The notes beneath the pieces are model-generated. The model saw only the letters and a program-made list of their open reading frames with translations. It was not told the DNA's origin and ran no database searches. Made by a program: the position numbers and the translations under genes. Below are positions 1 to 12,528 of a stretch of 64,000 nt of DNA, one piece after another. The stretch's first letter is position 1, and the number at the start of each line of letters is the position of its first letter. Origin of the DNA: Podarcis liolepis (lineage: Eukaryota); NCBI GenBank assembly GCA_965112155.1, contig OZ218114.1. One strand, given 5' to 3'.

Positions 1-180
1 TTAATATCTGGACTTTTCTTCAAGGAGCTCAGGGTGGCATGCAAGATTTTTCCCTTCCTGTTTTATTCCCACAGTAGCCCTATGAGGTAGGCTAGGCTGA
101 GATAGCGACCAACCTTCAGTAATGTTGGTGGGAGATTTGAAGCTGAATCTCCCCAGATCTGGTCTTGATCTACCGCACTG
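1..180 (-). mobile_element. tRNA/CORE (MIR-like) squamate SINE, degenerate
   Basis: Similar to the copies at 8247-8552, 20490-20720, 39709-39905 and 43888-44098 (caaggagctcagggtggc...tgaggtaggctaggctgag). Confidence 0.6.
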
Positions 181-1756
181 ATTTAATTATCCTGGTTGAA
201 ACTAGGTTTTGGTTGTTATCCTATACTTGCTTAGCTATGAGTATGCCTTGTTGAATTCAATGGGTCTGCATCCAGTGTAGCACTAAGTTAATGCCTCTTA
301 GCTGTATACATGTTCCGATGAAGAAATTCACCGTTGTTGCACAAGCAAATGCATAAACAGGTTGGTAGTAACCTTGTTGCATGACAGATGGTGCAATCTG
401 TTGTGCAATGAATTTCCACTAGCACATCCATTGTGTTGGATTCCTTTGTTGCACAACATTAAACCTCATCTGTCTGCTAGGGCAAGAGGCATACAGTTGG
501 TCAGAAATATATTTCTTACTGAAAAAGACACTTGCCCTTCTCCTGCTACTTTGCAGAACTCTTGGAAATTAAAAATGGGTGTCTTACCAGAAGAACATGT
601 TCTAGCCCGAACACTGCATGTAGTTCTTCTTTGGTTTGCTTGGCCTCAGCTGGATTCCAACATGGCAGCAACAGCTGGAAAAAGCTGAAAAGTCAGGACT
701 GGTCCTTTCTCAGGCTCTTCCAGCTTCCCCTCCAGCCTGTGAGAGCCCCCACCTGCGTGTCCCAACCTACTGGTTGAATACCTCTCCTGTAAGGAATGCC
801 TTTTGCCAATTAGTGACCCACTGACCTACCCCCTTCCATGTGATCTCTGCCAATTTAGGCTGGGACACCCTTGTTGCATACGAAGATGCTGCATGTCTTC
901 CCCCCTCCCCACACCATGTGAAAGTCTCTTGGCATTTAGAAGAGAACAATAATTTGGATTCTTCAATCTAATCAACAGCAATCTCTCCATCTAGGGTCTC
1001 ATAGGGAGTTTATTCCTCTTGTCACTGTGGGAGATGAGCATCATTAATCTAACACTGGTGGAAGTATAACGGGTCATCTGGCAGATATTACTATATATGG
1101 GATGCTTAAAAGATCCTCTTTAATGAGACTCCATCCTGCTATTACCTTGGTTTGAAAAATCCTATCAAGGACTTCATTCTTTTAAATATTTAAACAAAAT
1201 ACTCAATATTTAGAGTTTCCTTTAAATATTAACAGTTTAAAGATTATATTCTGACTGTTTCTAATGGAGTGTGTGTGCAGGGAAGTCATCTACTAATGTG
1301 ATTCTCAACTTCAGGCATGATAGTGTTGATGATCAGGGAAGGGTACAATCCAGCCAAAGCTGAGCACTTGGAAGCCCTGTGGATTTCCACGGGGAAGATA
1401 CTTGTTATGTCCTTAGCTCACTCATTGAAATCAGTGAGTGTTCATCATGCCCAGTGTTTAGAAATATCATGCCCACTATTTGCCACCACAGACACATGAT
1501 GTCTGTGGCAGATGTGGAGGATAGGAACCCAATGGGTTGATCCAGTGCTGGGGAATCACTCCTGATATGGGTCAGGTGCCACGATCTCACATAGGCCCAC
1601 CATTGGGAGAGGTGTTTTGGCCCATCGGTCTGCTTGTAGATTCCCAGACAGAGTCACCCTTTCTGGACCCCTTTAACGGGTTACTCGTGTGACTAAGGAT
1701 CCAGCCCAATGCTTTATACATCAAAGTTGTTACAGTTGCTGTGAGGTAGGTGAAAG

Positions 1757-1849
1757 CAGGGCTTTTTTTCAACCAGAACTCAGTTCCAGTACCTCTCAGG
1801 TGAGTTCATGGTGAGTTCCTGCACCTCCTTTTCTAGAAAAATAGCACTG
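1757..1849. mobile_element. Short hAT-type MITE
   Basis: TIRs CAGGGCTTTTTT / AAAAATAGCACTG; near-perfect 8-bp TSD ggtgaaag/ggcgaaag. Confidence 0.65.
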
Positions 1850-2491
1850 GGCGAAAGTCTGCAAGCTGGCCAGTTCGCTTGTAGAAGAAAATTGCTCCTT
1901 GGCCCCAAATATGATGACTAATTAACCATAGCAACGTCCTTACGCCAACTTGCCTGCTCCCCCACTGAGCAGGCCTCGACTGTCCGGGTGGGTGGTAAAT
2001 CATGTGTTGGTCAACCAAGAGGGTGGTCTGCTCCAGGTCACCCTCCTAAATACCCCAGGGACAGGCAGGGCACAGCCCCCATGCCCATGCCCTGATTGGC
2101 TTGTGGGAAATATACACTCTTTTAGAGGGTCCGGCTTGGCCAGGGGGAGGGCGGCATCAGGCACCCACCCCCTCCTCAGCCATGCAGGAAGGTGGCAATA
2201 TTCCCCTGTCTGGCCACAGCCGCACTGTGTGGCAAATGCCCCCCCGCCCCCCGGAGCTCCAGATGAGCAGATATTGCCCCAAGTAAGGGTGTTCCCCTCA
2301 GCAGAATGGATTTCTGTAATGAGCAAGGTAGAAATGTATTTATATATATGTATTAATGAGCAATCTAGATTTCAAGCTGAGCGAAGAAACATGTTTGTCA
2401 TGGATTGTTTCTACCAAGATACAATGAGAAATTATGTTCATAACATGTTGATAACTTATTATCGCATGGTGCCAGGGTTGCATGTCTTTCT

Positions 2492-3020
2492 GGGGAAGGT
2501 CTGTTGCTTAGTGATATAGCATCTGCTATACATGCAGAAGGGGACACGGGTGGCACTGTGGTTTAAACCACAGAGCCTAGGACTTGCCGATCAGAAGGTC
2601 GTGGTTCGAATCCTTGCGACGGGGTGAGCTCCCGTTCCTTGGTCCCTGCTCCTGCCAACCTAGCAGTTCGAAAGCACATCAAAGTGCAAGTAGATAAATA
2701 GGTACCACTCCGGCAGGAAGGTAAACGGCGTTTCTGTGTGCTGCTCTGGTTCACCAGAAGCGGCTTAGTCATGCTGGCTACATGACCCGGAAGCTGTTCG
2801 CCAGCTCCCTTGGCCAATAAAGCGAGATGAGTGCCGCAACCCCAGAGTCGGTCACGACTGGACCTAATGGTCAGGGGTCCCTTTATCTTTACCTTTATAC
2901 ATGCAGAAGGTCCCAGGTTCAATCCCTGGCATCTCCAAGCAGGGCTGGGAGTGAACTGTGCCTGAATTCCTGGAGAGCTTTTGCCAGTCAGTGTAGGCAA
3001 TCCTGATCTAAATGGGAAGG
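2492..3020 (+). mobile_element. tRNA-derived SINE (Squam2-like), interrupted by the Sauria SINE
   Basis: ...catgcagaaggtcccaggttcaatccctggcatctcc...gccagtcagtgtag..., the same family as at 9667 and 15291. Confidence 0.7.
2542..2895 (+). mobile_element. Sauria SINE, full length, nested in an older tRNA-SINE
   Basis: GGGACACGGGTGGCACTGTGG head, GGTTCGAATCC B-box and (ACCTTT)-type tail; 15-bp TSD TATACATGCAGAAGG at 2527-2541 and 2896-2910. Confidence 0.88.
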
Positions 3021-4671
3021 AATTCAGTGTTGCACTAACACAAATGTTCCATCAGTGTATGCATTTCTGCTTGCCTGATGGAATGGTGTGCCTGCTTACT
3101 CCCACTGCATGCTCCCCTGACCCCTCCAGAGCCAATGGGGGTGGGGGACACACATGGAAAGGAGAAGAGGGGGAAAGTCCCATTGAACTGGTAGGACTCA
3201 TTGTGGTGGCTCCTGCTACTGCACCTATGGTCTGGCTTGGTATAATGCAGCTTCCTGTGTTCCCCACATGGCTCCAGCACTGTAGCTCAGGCGCCATCTT
3301 GGCTGCAGTCCCAGCCTGTTACAATTCTGAGTCAGCTGATTCCCGTGAGCCAATCCCTGTCCACCAGGACCTTTTTACAGCCGTAGTCTTAGTGTTTGCT
3401 TTGTATTCCAAGGAACTTCTCTCTGGTACAAGGATAGTCCCTAAGCTCCTGCCTCTCCTGCCACCCTTGATTGGTGCTCTAGAACCAGGCCCCAGATTTG
3501 TTTTGGACAACACAGCTGCTACTGGGCTGCTTGGATGGATACTAACTTCTCCTGTTCTCAGGACCTGACCACCAGAAATGACACTCCCAGGGACCCAATG
3601 TTTGGCACGATGCTTTATTCAGAGGCATGAGATCTCAGATGTTTTTGAGCAGGCAACAAAGGATACCTCAGTCCTGCTTTGTTTGCAAGCTGCTTGGCCA
3701 CAGCTGGAGAAGCAGCAGTGCACCAGATGATCCTTTGGTCATCCAGGAAGATTGTTAGGAAGCCTGAGCCCAGTTCTTTTCTGCAGAGCCCTGCCTCTCC
3801 CAGTCCCCGCTTTTAAACACCTAAACCTAAAAAAATACATTTTTAGTCTTGCTTACTGGGTGATGCATGCTGTAAAGTGCAGTGCCAGGGAGACCATGTT
3901 CTATCCACCACTTTAATTTCCCAAAGGAAGATCTATACATGGATGCACATAGGTGTCGTGGGCCTGCACCCAAAGCCCTCTGGGTACCTAGCGGTGCTCC
4001 TGCCTTGATCTGATACAAATGGCTTCCCTTAAGTCAGGTGGGCACTGGGGCTGAATGTGGACCTTCACTGGCCTATGGAGGCGAGCGAGCATATGTTCCC
4101 TTGAAATTACAGTCAGCTTACTCTGGAATAAGTTGCTGTATGCTGGAATCGAGGCCGGCACTCAGGATGGTATGGGATGATTTTGCACCCCAGCCATCAT
4201 GATGATGGGAATAATTGGTGATCCTAGGGTACTTTGTTTTTGTTGAGCGCTACTGACCTGAGCTATATTCAAGCTGATGCCAGGAGGAGGAATTGTCCAC
4301 ATCTCATTAGCAGGGCTCTGTGTCAACATGTTTCCCCGAAGCAATACATCTGTGCCATCCAAGTAGGCCAATTATGATAACTGACCGTCTCCCAGCAGAC
4401 AGAAACGAAGGGATTACAAATTCAGTCCAAAATGTTGACAAGGGGATTTTGGTTTATGAATCCCCCCCCCAAAAAAAATCTAAAGAACTGCTGTCCTGTT
4501 TTTCTCCTCTTCCTCAGAATTTGCTAGGTGTGATTCTTGATGTTTTACAGCTGCAGCTTTGAATCTTCCTTCCTGCTCCCCCCTTCCCCTTAGAAAAAGA
4601 AAAAAGAAAAAGAACTGGGGACCAGGGCTCACTAGTTTCTAACTCCAGTAATCCATTCTCTCTCTTCTATA

Positions 4672-5192
4672 CAGTGCTTGGAATAAAGTAGCTTGAATTA
4701 AAAAAAAGTCCACTGAATTAGTTCAAAGACCTCTGAACGACACCTGAAAGTTGCTCCCATAACTTTTGAGTGAATTGAATGTAGATTAAGTTTTAGGGTG
4801 GAACTTTGAACAATTTCCAGTTAAAACCTTCAACTTCTTACATGTGGGTTTTCTTTTTTTACACTTTGGACTTTGGGGGCCTTTAAGCTTAAATATGATA
4901 ATTGTTTGAAGGAATGAATTAAGCTATTCACATCCCACTGTGTCCATATTTTGATGTTGTTGTTTTAGTTGTTTGAAGTACACTGTATGGCCTCAGCACA
5001 GCTGTTTGTAACATTGTGAATACTGAAAAGTATTTTGCCAATGATCATTTGGATGAACTTGAATGGAACATGAGCCAAGATAGTTCATTTTGTAAAGAGG
5101 GACCAACATGAACTAGAATTAATTTCTTTTTGGACATGTTCACCTAGAACTAGAATTAGTTGCTTTTAAAAAAATGAACTTTCTAAGCTCTG
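4672..5192. mobile_element. Degenerate hAT-like non-autonomous DNA transposon
   Basis: Imperfect TIRs CAGTGCTTGGAA / TTCTAAGCTCTG; repeated gaactagaatta subterminal motifs. Confidence 0.45.
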
Positions 5193-6156
5193 ACATTAAG
5201 GATCTGGCAGCTGCTAGGATGTTTCTGAATTAAGGATAAGCTGAATTGCTTGTTCCCATTCTGGAAAGTTTGGGCGATTTCACTCTGCCAGAATTCCAGA
5301 AGATTGTGAAATTTGGAGTGGATTCTTCAGTTTGAACCGAGGATGCCTTCTGAGGCCTTCTGCATCCAGGAGAACTTTGCATGCTCCCAACACTTGTAAC
5401 GTTGACCCTGTTGCTGCATTATAGGTTTCTGGGCATAGAGATGGAGGCCTGTGTGGCCTGGGAACCAAAAACCTGAATCAGAACAGGTACCTGGACAGAC
5501 TAGGCCCCCATTCCTGTATTTAACATGTTGTGCTTAGACCTAGAACTCTTTAATCCAAATTAGGTACCTAGGACAGATTTGCTCCTAACTCCCTCTCCCA
5601 TAATCAGCTCCTGGCCATGACACAGTCCTTAGGCCTCCACTTGAAATTTCCTTAGATACCCATATTATTTCACTTGCAGAGGTGAAACCCATGTGTCTGC
5701 AGGGGGTCAGGGCAGGGGAGAACTCCTAGAAGAAAAAAAATGCAGAATTGGACAGGGTTAAAATGCTCCTCTCTCTCACCCCAAGAATTGGTCTTCCCCC
5801 TCAAAATGCAGCTACAGTAATTCTATTGTCTTAAAGGAAAAGTCTTTAAAACAGAATCCTACAACTACAAGTTTTATTAAGTTTATTGTAGTTCTACCCT
5901 GAATCACTAGGTGGTGCAAAAAGCACTGTAGAGACATCTACTGACAAATGAAAAGCATTACATCAAAGTATGTATTGAATTGTCAGCTGAAGAGGAGGGG
6001 TTCATTGCGGTTCCAGTCTATGCAGCATCTACACTTAAATATATGGCTACACATTCAACCAGATAATTTAAGCGGAGAGAAAAACACAAAACAGCCATAT
6101 ATCTCATATGAAACTCAAAACTGCAATGTGTCTAGTCTTCTCTCTTGCCTGTGCAG

Positions 6157-6297
6157 TTTTCTGGCTGGAGTCTGATGGAAGATGGCTCAATTCGAATAGA
6201 AGAGGCAACGGAAGAAGCTCTTGGCACATACACCTGCGTGCCTTATAATGCCCTGGGTACAATGGGCCAGTCCCCCCCTGCCCGACTCGTACTGAAG
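6157..6297 (+). CDS. IGSF9B: IGSF9B exon, C-terminal half of Ig4 (FSGWSLMEDGSIRIEEATEEALGTYTCVPYNALGTMGQSPPARLVLK); earlier exons lie upstream of the window
   Basis: Acceptor gtgcag|TTT and donor AAG|gtattt; 141 nt, phase 0-0. Peptide recognised as IGSF9B, with the Ig G-x-Y-x-C motif. Confidence 0.95.
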
Positions 6298-7875
6298 GTA
6301 TTTATTTACTTTTTAAACATTAGTATCTTTCTCCTTAACTGAAGAGGCTCACAAAGCAGCGTACTCACAAAAAAAGAGAAGTAGTGTGGCATTGCATACC
6401 CTTAGGCTTTTATTCTAAAAGGCATGGCACACAAGGAAAAAGGAACAGGGAGGGAGGAGGGCAGAACTCCCCCCCCCCAGGTCAGGCAGCAGTTCTTAAA
6501 GTGCTTATACCAATCAGCTTGAATGCAAATGGCCCACATAGCCTGATGGAATGGCTGCTGCCAGGTGACATCTGAGGAAAGGCTAAAGGTGTCTGGTCTC
6601 TCAACAGAGGCAGTTGAATTGCTCTGCTTCTCCCTCAAGCTCAGCAGCCTGATGCAATAACTCTGAGGGACAGTTGGGAAGAGCCAGATGCAGCTAGTAT
6701 CTCACCTCTTCATATATTGCTGTTCTGAAAAGCTTGTGAACTATGCATATTGCACTGAGCATGCCTAACTTTGGATGCAATCCGCATCAACAAAATGCCA
6801 GCTGTGATGACAAGACTTGACTGTTGTGAAGCTGTCCTGGCTGGGTGTGGTGTGCGGGGGCACAGTACAGAGCCTCTCTGGGTGCCCCGAATCAGATCAG
6901 CTCACCTAAAGTGAAGAGACCACAGGCTTTGATTTAAAGGAATTGTAGATTCATTCGATTGAAATGTGTCTGTCTGATTCTGTTGCTAATGTGATAGAAA
7001 ACAGATGCCCAGCCCTTTTGAGCTCAGAGGCCCCCTTGGAAGTCTAAAAAACTGCCACGGACACCACAAGTATCCATTTCATGGGGGTGGGGAACCATTA
7101 TCTGGTGATTCTTAGACCCTCCCTGCCCAATGAGCAAAATTCTTTAAAAACAAACAAACAAAAGAAAGACAGCCTCCTTTAATAAAATCAACCTAACAAC
7201 TGCAAAATGCAAAAAAAAAGAAAAAAAGAGGAAGAACTCTTAATTTAAAAAATAAAGTGGGGAGGGGCATGAGGATCTGGCAGCTACCAAGGGGTTGTGG
7301 TATCTGAGTGCACCAGGATGCCTGTGGGGACCCCAGTGATATGACATACTATAACAATCCACCTTCTAAGAAGCTGAAAAAGTCAGCATGCAAATGTCGA
7401 GGAGGAGGAGATGGTGCTGTCAGTTGGAGGCATCCAGCAGAGAAGATGACCTGTCAATCTGCCAGCATTGGGCAGCTCTTACACACTGTCTCCATGAAAT
7501 GGACAGTGAATGTGAGTGTGTGCGCACGAGAGCATCGTGCAAGCCAAGTCGAGCAAGCTGCATGCTTGCATGAGCGTTGTGAGCAGCTAAGCGTTGGTGG
7601 GGGAGAGTGTGCGAAGGGAGAACGAACACAGAGAAGGTATTGCACACCCGCCTCATCCGTGAATTTACATGGGTCAGTGATTGTATGTATGTCAATGTAA
7701 TCTGTTTAACCATCTGGCTTTTGGCAGACTCATTAACTGGCTAAAAGTTCTGTAATTGGATGGCAGATTTTTTTTTAATGCAGGTTTCGGCTGTGCGTTC
7801 AATGAGAGTTGTTCGATTTTTTAATTCCCCCCCCCCCCGCCTTTCTCTCCCCTTGCCTTCCATCCCTGGCTGCAG

Positions 7876-7992
7876 GACCCGCCCTATTTTACGGTGCTAC
7901 CAGGCTGGGAGTACAGACAAGAGGCAGGGAGGGAGCTGTTGATACCCTGTGCTGCTGCAGGAGACCCCTTTCCTGCCATCGCCTGGAGAAAG
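7876..7992 (+). CDS. IGSF9B: IGSF9B exon, N-half of Ig5 (DPPYFTVLPGWEYRQEAGRELLIPCAAAGDPFPAIAWRK)
   Basis: tgcag|GAC ... AAG|gtaccc; 117 nt, phase 0-0. Confidence 0.95.
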
Positions 7993-8246
7993 GTACCCGG
8001 CCTGCCAGAAAAATCTGCAGTGCCTTTGGCTTTTGATGAATATTGCAGACAGAGAAGCCACACTCTGTCCCGGTAAGAGCAAAACTGCAGGTTCAGCTGC
8101 TTCGCTTCGGGCTGTACTACTGCCGCCCCCGTCCCGCAGGTGGGTGGGGGAGAGACCCAGCTCCTAGCAAGGAAGCCTTAGAAGCTGCAGAAACCTTAGC
8201 CACCGTCAGCCAGCAACAGCAGCAATTGCAAAATGAGCCGCTCTGT

Positions 8247-8552
8247 TTTACTCATTTCTTTATTGCATTCATATCCCACCTTTCCTGCAAGGAACTCAAG
8301 GTTTCCCCTCTCCTCAGTTAGTCCCCACAACAACCTCATGAGATAGCTTTGCGCAGTGGCAGTATCGTAGCCAATGAGGTTATTGCTAATTGAAAACTTT
8401 TCCAGAAAAAAACCAAAAACAACCTCATGAGATAGGATAGGCTGAGAGGCAGCAACTGGCCCAAGGTCACCCACTGAACTTCATGGCTAAGTGGGAGTTT
8501 GAACCCTGGTCTCCTAGGTCTGATGCTCTAACCACTGCACCACACTGGCTCT
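8247..8552 (-). mobile_element. tRNA/CORE SINE interrupted by the U4 retrocopy
   Basis: tttattgcattcatatcccacc...ggcccaaggtcaccc...gggagtttgaaccctggtctcc...accactgcaccacactggctctc. Confidence 0.7.
8345..8417 (+). pseudogene. RNU4: U4 snRNA retropseudogene: about nt 1-75, with a 16-nt internal deletion and an A-rich tail
   Basis: AGCTTTGCGCAGTGGCAGTATCGTAGCCAATGAGG (U4 nt 1-35) joined to TTATTGCTAATTGAAAACTTTTCC; tail 8404-8417; 16-bp TSD AACAACCTCATGAGAT at 8329-8344 and 8418-8433. Confidence 0.92.
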
Positions 8553-8719
8553 CACTTGCTCACTTCCTCCACTCACTCCTCTGTGCCGGTATCTACTGCA
8601 GGTCCCCCTCCCCCTTGTGGACCCCTCCCTCCAGTGCTACAGTTGCCCCAGTGCAGTGCATGGGTTTCTGTGCTAATATTTTGCAACATACTGCCAGATC
8701 AAACCATAATTTGCTGGAG

Positions 8720-9163
8720 CTACAGATGAAGGAACCTATTAGTTTTGCTTCTCTCTGTTTTTCTACTCTTAAATCCAGTTCTCAACATTTCCCCAGCAAT
8801 TTGCATTTTTTTGGGGGGGGGGGGGTGTCCTCCTGAAAATCTTGCCAGCATTTGAGTACAAATATCTCTTAATACACCTTTGTTTGTACTCAGTTTCTAC
8901 TAATGTGCAGATTTTTGCAAGCAATTTCCCCAAACACAATGCATTCTTGTTCATTATTTTAATGAAATATATGTGTGTTTATTCCCACTTTCCCTTATAT
9001 TACATTTTAGACAGATTGGTTGGGCAACCGCATTGCAGAATTTGGGGAAGTGTGAATTTTGTAGGATAGCCGCTTTTTGTTTTGTGCATCAGCTTGAGAT
9101 GTGCAAATTTGGTAGTTTCTCCTTAAAATGTAAACAAAACTCAAAATTTTCTCCAGTTCCTAG
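8720..9163. repeat. Dispersed repeat, probably DNA-transposon derived; related inverted copy at about 61757-62122
   Basis: ttggggaagtgtgaattttgtagg here versus cttcagaatttgcacttttccaa in the second copy. Confidence 0.45.
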
Positions 9164-9666
9164 CTGGAGTACAGTCAGGAGGACGCTGTCTCTTAACTAC
9201 AGCAGTCTTTCATATGAGGAGCATTGCAATTTTAGTGTTGAAAGGGTCTTTGGGAGGTAATCCAGTCCCACTCCCTTTGCTTGATGCAGGAATCTTGCAG
9301 CCCTAAGAAATAGTAATCCTGCCTCTGCTTAAATACCTCCAGCGAAGGCATATTTCTTACAAGTAGCGTAGCAGCTCTGAGCTTTCCCACTCCAAAACAT
9401 CTCGTTCAGCTGCTGCTCCACTGGGTGTCCTCCCTCAAGCTTTGACTCTTAGCAAATGGACAAGGGGTTTCTCCCATTTTGTGTCTGCTGTGAGAGATTC
9501 AGCAGGGGGTAAGGTCCAAGCCAAAGCCACCAAGTGATATCAGCTTTCCCATTTTTCTGTGATCTTCTGTTTTGCATTCTCCCCATTCTGACTCTCTTAA
9601 GAGTCCTAGCCTACTGCTGCTTGCCTAGCTGTGCTCCACATCTGGACTTGGGCCCCTGAACTTCAG

Positions 9667-10005
9667 GGAAGGGGAGTAGCTCAGTGGTAGAGGATCAGCT
9701 TTGCGTGCAGAAGGTCCCAAGTTCAATCCCACAGCATCTCCAACTAGTATTGGGAAAGACACAGAGTCTGAAAACCTGGAGAGCTGCTGCCAGTCAGTGT
9801 AGACCAGGCATAGGCAAACTTTGCCCTCCAGATGTTTTGGGACTACAACTCCCACCATCCCTGAACTTTGGTCCTGTTAGCTAGGGATGATGGGAGTTGT
9901 AGTCCCAAAACATCTGGAGGGCGAGTTTGCCTATGCCTGGTGTAGACATTGCTGAGCTAGGTGGACCCAGTGGTCTGACCCAGTATAAGGCAGCTGCTCA
10001 TGTCC
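9667..10005 (+). mobile_element. tRNA-derived SINE (Squam2-like) interrupted by a hAT MITE
   Basis: GGGAAGGGGAGTAGCTCAGTGGTAGAG...GTTCAATCC...cagtataaggcagct. Confidence 0.75.
9805..9939. mobile_element. Palindromic 135-bp hAT MITE
   Basis: TIRs CAGGCATAGGCAAACT / AGTTTGCCTATGCCTG; perfect 8-bp TSD GTGTAGAC at 9797-9804 and 9940-9947. Confidence 0.88.
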
Positions 10006-12377
10006 TCAGGGTGGCCTTAATTGCTGCTTGGACTGTCTGTACCTCCTTATAGCATTGCATCTTCTTTCTTTTTGACAAGCAGAAGCAACATACACTGTCA
10101 GAGGTCAGGAGGGGGAGATCTCTTTTGTCCATTGCTGCAGCTAAAGTGATTCCCATGGCCAAGTGCTACCCTAAACATCACCCTATGGCCGTCTTCTGGT
10201 GCAGATGCGGGGAACCTTTGTCCCTTAGGGTGTTGCTGAACTGCAGCTCCCATCACCCCACCAAGCACAGCTGGTGGCAAGGGATGGTGGGGCTTGTAGT
10301 CCTGTGGTTCCCATACCTGTTCTTTGGGAAACGGCACTGCCTGAAACCCAAGGGAAACAGAGTGATTGCCTCATCATGCAACCAGATATTGATAGGGTGA
10401 ATGCAGGTGAGATCCATGGTGTCGTAGCTCCCTCTAGCGGCCTAAAGCTTTAAACTAAATAACAGTACGTACAGAATGCAAAAGAATATCTATCTACCAG
10501 TGACCAGATCAGCTATCATGACTTTTGACCCATTCCACAAAGAATCCTGGTAACTGTAGTTTTGTGGCATGGGGGATATTTTTTGAAGGGACTCCTGAAG
10601 AACTGCAGTTCCCAGGATTCCTTGGGTTGGGGGCCATGGGCATTAAAACTGGCCTAGAAGTGGTTTAAAGTCATAGTGCAGATAAATGTATGCACTCAGT
10701 GTTTCATATCCCAGAATTCATCTATTCTGCCTCCCAAATATTACTGTCTTTTAAAAAACATACATTACAATTATGTAAGGTTCATAGCTGTTAGGTGGGC
10801 CGCCTTCAGTTGCTGCAGAATTATGCAGGCATTCAGGTCACACGGAACACTTCATCTTTTTGTTGCCTGACCCCACTGACCTGCATCCTTTGGAGGGTGA
10901 ACATCTGCAGGGAGAAGCCTGCTGTACTCAAGTGGGTGCTTTGCCAGTGGGGTAGTAGAGCAGGAACATTTGGGTACTTTTTTCCAGCTATCACGGCCAT
11001 CACTACCAGTTGTCAGGAGCAGGTGTCCCTTAAGGTGACTGTTAGAAGAAAAATATTACTCCCTTTCCCTTACGGGGTATCTAAGAGCCCATATAGAGTC
11101 CTTAAGTAGATTCTCTAATGGTAGGAGAAAATAACAGAGGCCAACCAGAGTATATTGAGAAGCAAAGCAGCTAGTAAGCATGATCTTTATTAAACTGTTG
11201 CAACAGGGTCCCACACTCACCCCACGCAGGGAGGGAGGAGAGGAACCTAGAACAATGGTGTGCAAGCTCTTATATAGACATTTGAAAATTGCCTCCCCTG
11301 TAGCTCAAGACCACCCCCCAAAACATCATACATACATTACTGAAGGGGTGGTCTACAGCAGAAAACCTGTCTGCCAAGATACCTAATGGTCACTGATTGC
11401 TTTCATCTGGGCATCCTGGCCATTCTTTTGTGATGATAAATACTCAGTTCCTGAATCCGGGTCACAGGCTCACCCTATTCATACACAGATACACCATTCA
11501 GACAGGATTTGTTAGCCAAAAACAAGGTGGAGGCTTTCCCATTTCCTTCCTCCTTGCAGAGAAACATTTGAGGTCAATTTGAGAGAGTCAAAATGGTTTC
11601 AGGATTGCTCTCCTGTACTATTTCAGACACGTAGTTTATATACTTATGCATGTGTTTGCCTTGTAAGTTTATGAACATAGAATTCCTATAACAGTGGCTA
11701 AGAAAAATTAATGCATCAACCCACCCTCAAAGAAGAGTGGTAGATGCAGATTTACATGTGCTACTTCATAGATGTACTGGATTTCTGTTTTAATTATTTC
11801 TAAATTTGTACATCTCACTGTAGAGGAAGCAGACTATGGGTTGATTACCTGTGTCTCTGCTCAGCCTGCTGACCAGCTGCTAATTGAGAATGTGTAACTT
11901 CAGGGTTGTTCCTGCTCTTCTTTCTTACGATTCTTTCTCATTTAAACTGGACTTGAGCCAGGCAACCCTTCAAGTAAGGAACTGTCCACTGTGAAGGGGG
12001 TCCCCTGCCCAAACCCCACTTTATCTGTGCAGCAGAAGCACCCTCATGCCCATTCCTTGCTCTGTCCTTGCCTGCTCCCTCATCTCTGCTGGTTCTCCAG
12101 CTCTGCCTTGTACCTCTTTGTGCTCCTTTCTCCACACCTGCCTTACCTGCTCATACCGCCTTTTGGGAGCTGACCTCTCTGGCCAATGATTTTGCCAAAG
12201 ATGCCTCCAAGTGTCTGCAGGAGGGGCCCGGAATCGCACCCCTCTCCCAGTTTGTGCTAGCAGCATTGGCATCGTGTCGCCTCACTCTGCTGCCTTTGCG
12301 ACATGCCTCTGAGTTGTGTTTTCTCTCTCTTTATTTCTCCTTCCTTTCCCCTGTGCTTTCTCTGTTGTTTGACCAAG

Positions 12378-12528
12378 GTAGGGAAGCCCAGTAGAAGCAA
12401 GCACAACACCCTTCCAAGTGGCAGCCTCCAGTTCCGATCTCTCAGTAAGGATGACCACGGAGAGTGGGAATGTGTCGCTACCAACATAGTCACAAGCATA
12501 ACAGCTAGCACTCATCTGACCGTCATCG
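12378..12528 (+). CDS. IGSF9B: IGSF9B exon, C-half of Ig5 (VGKPSRSKHNTLPSGSLQFRSLSKDDHGEWECVATNIVTSITASTHLTVI)
   Basis: Long pyrimidine tract, ccaag|GTA ... ATC G|gtaggt; 151 nt, phase 0-1. Confidence 0.95.
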
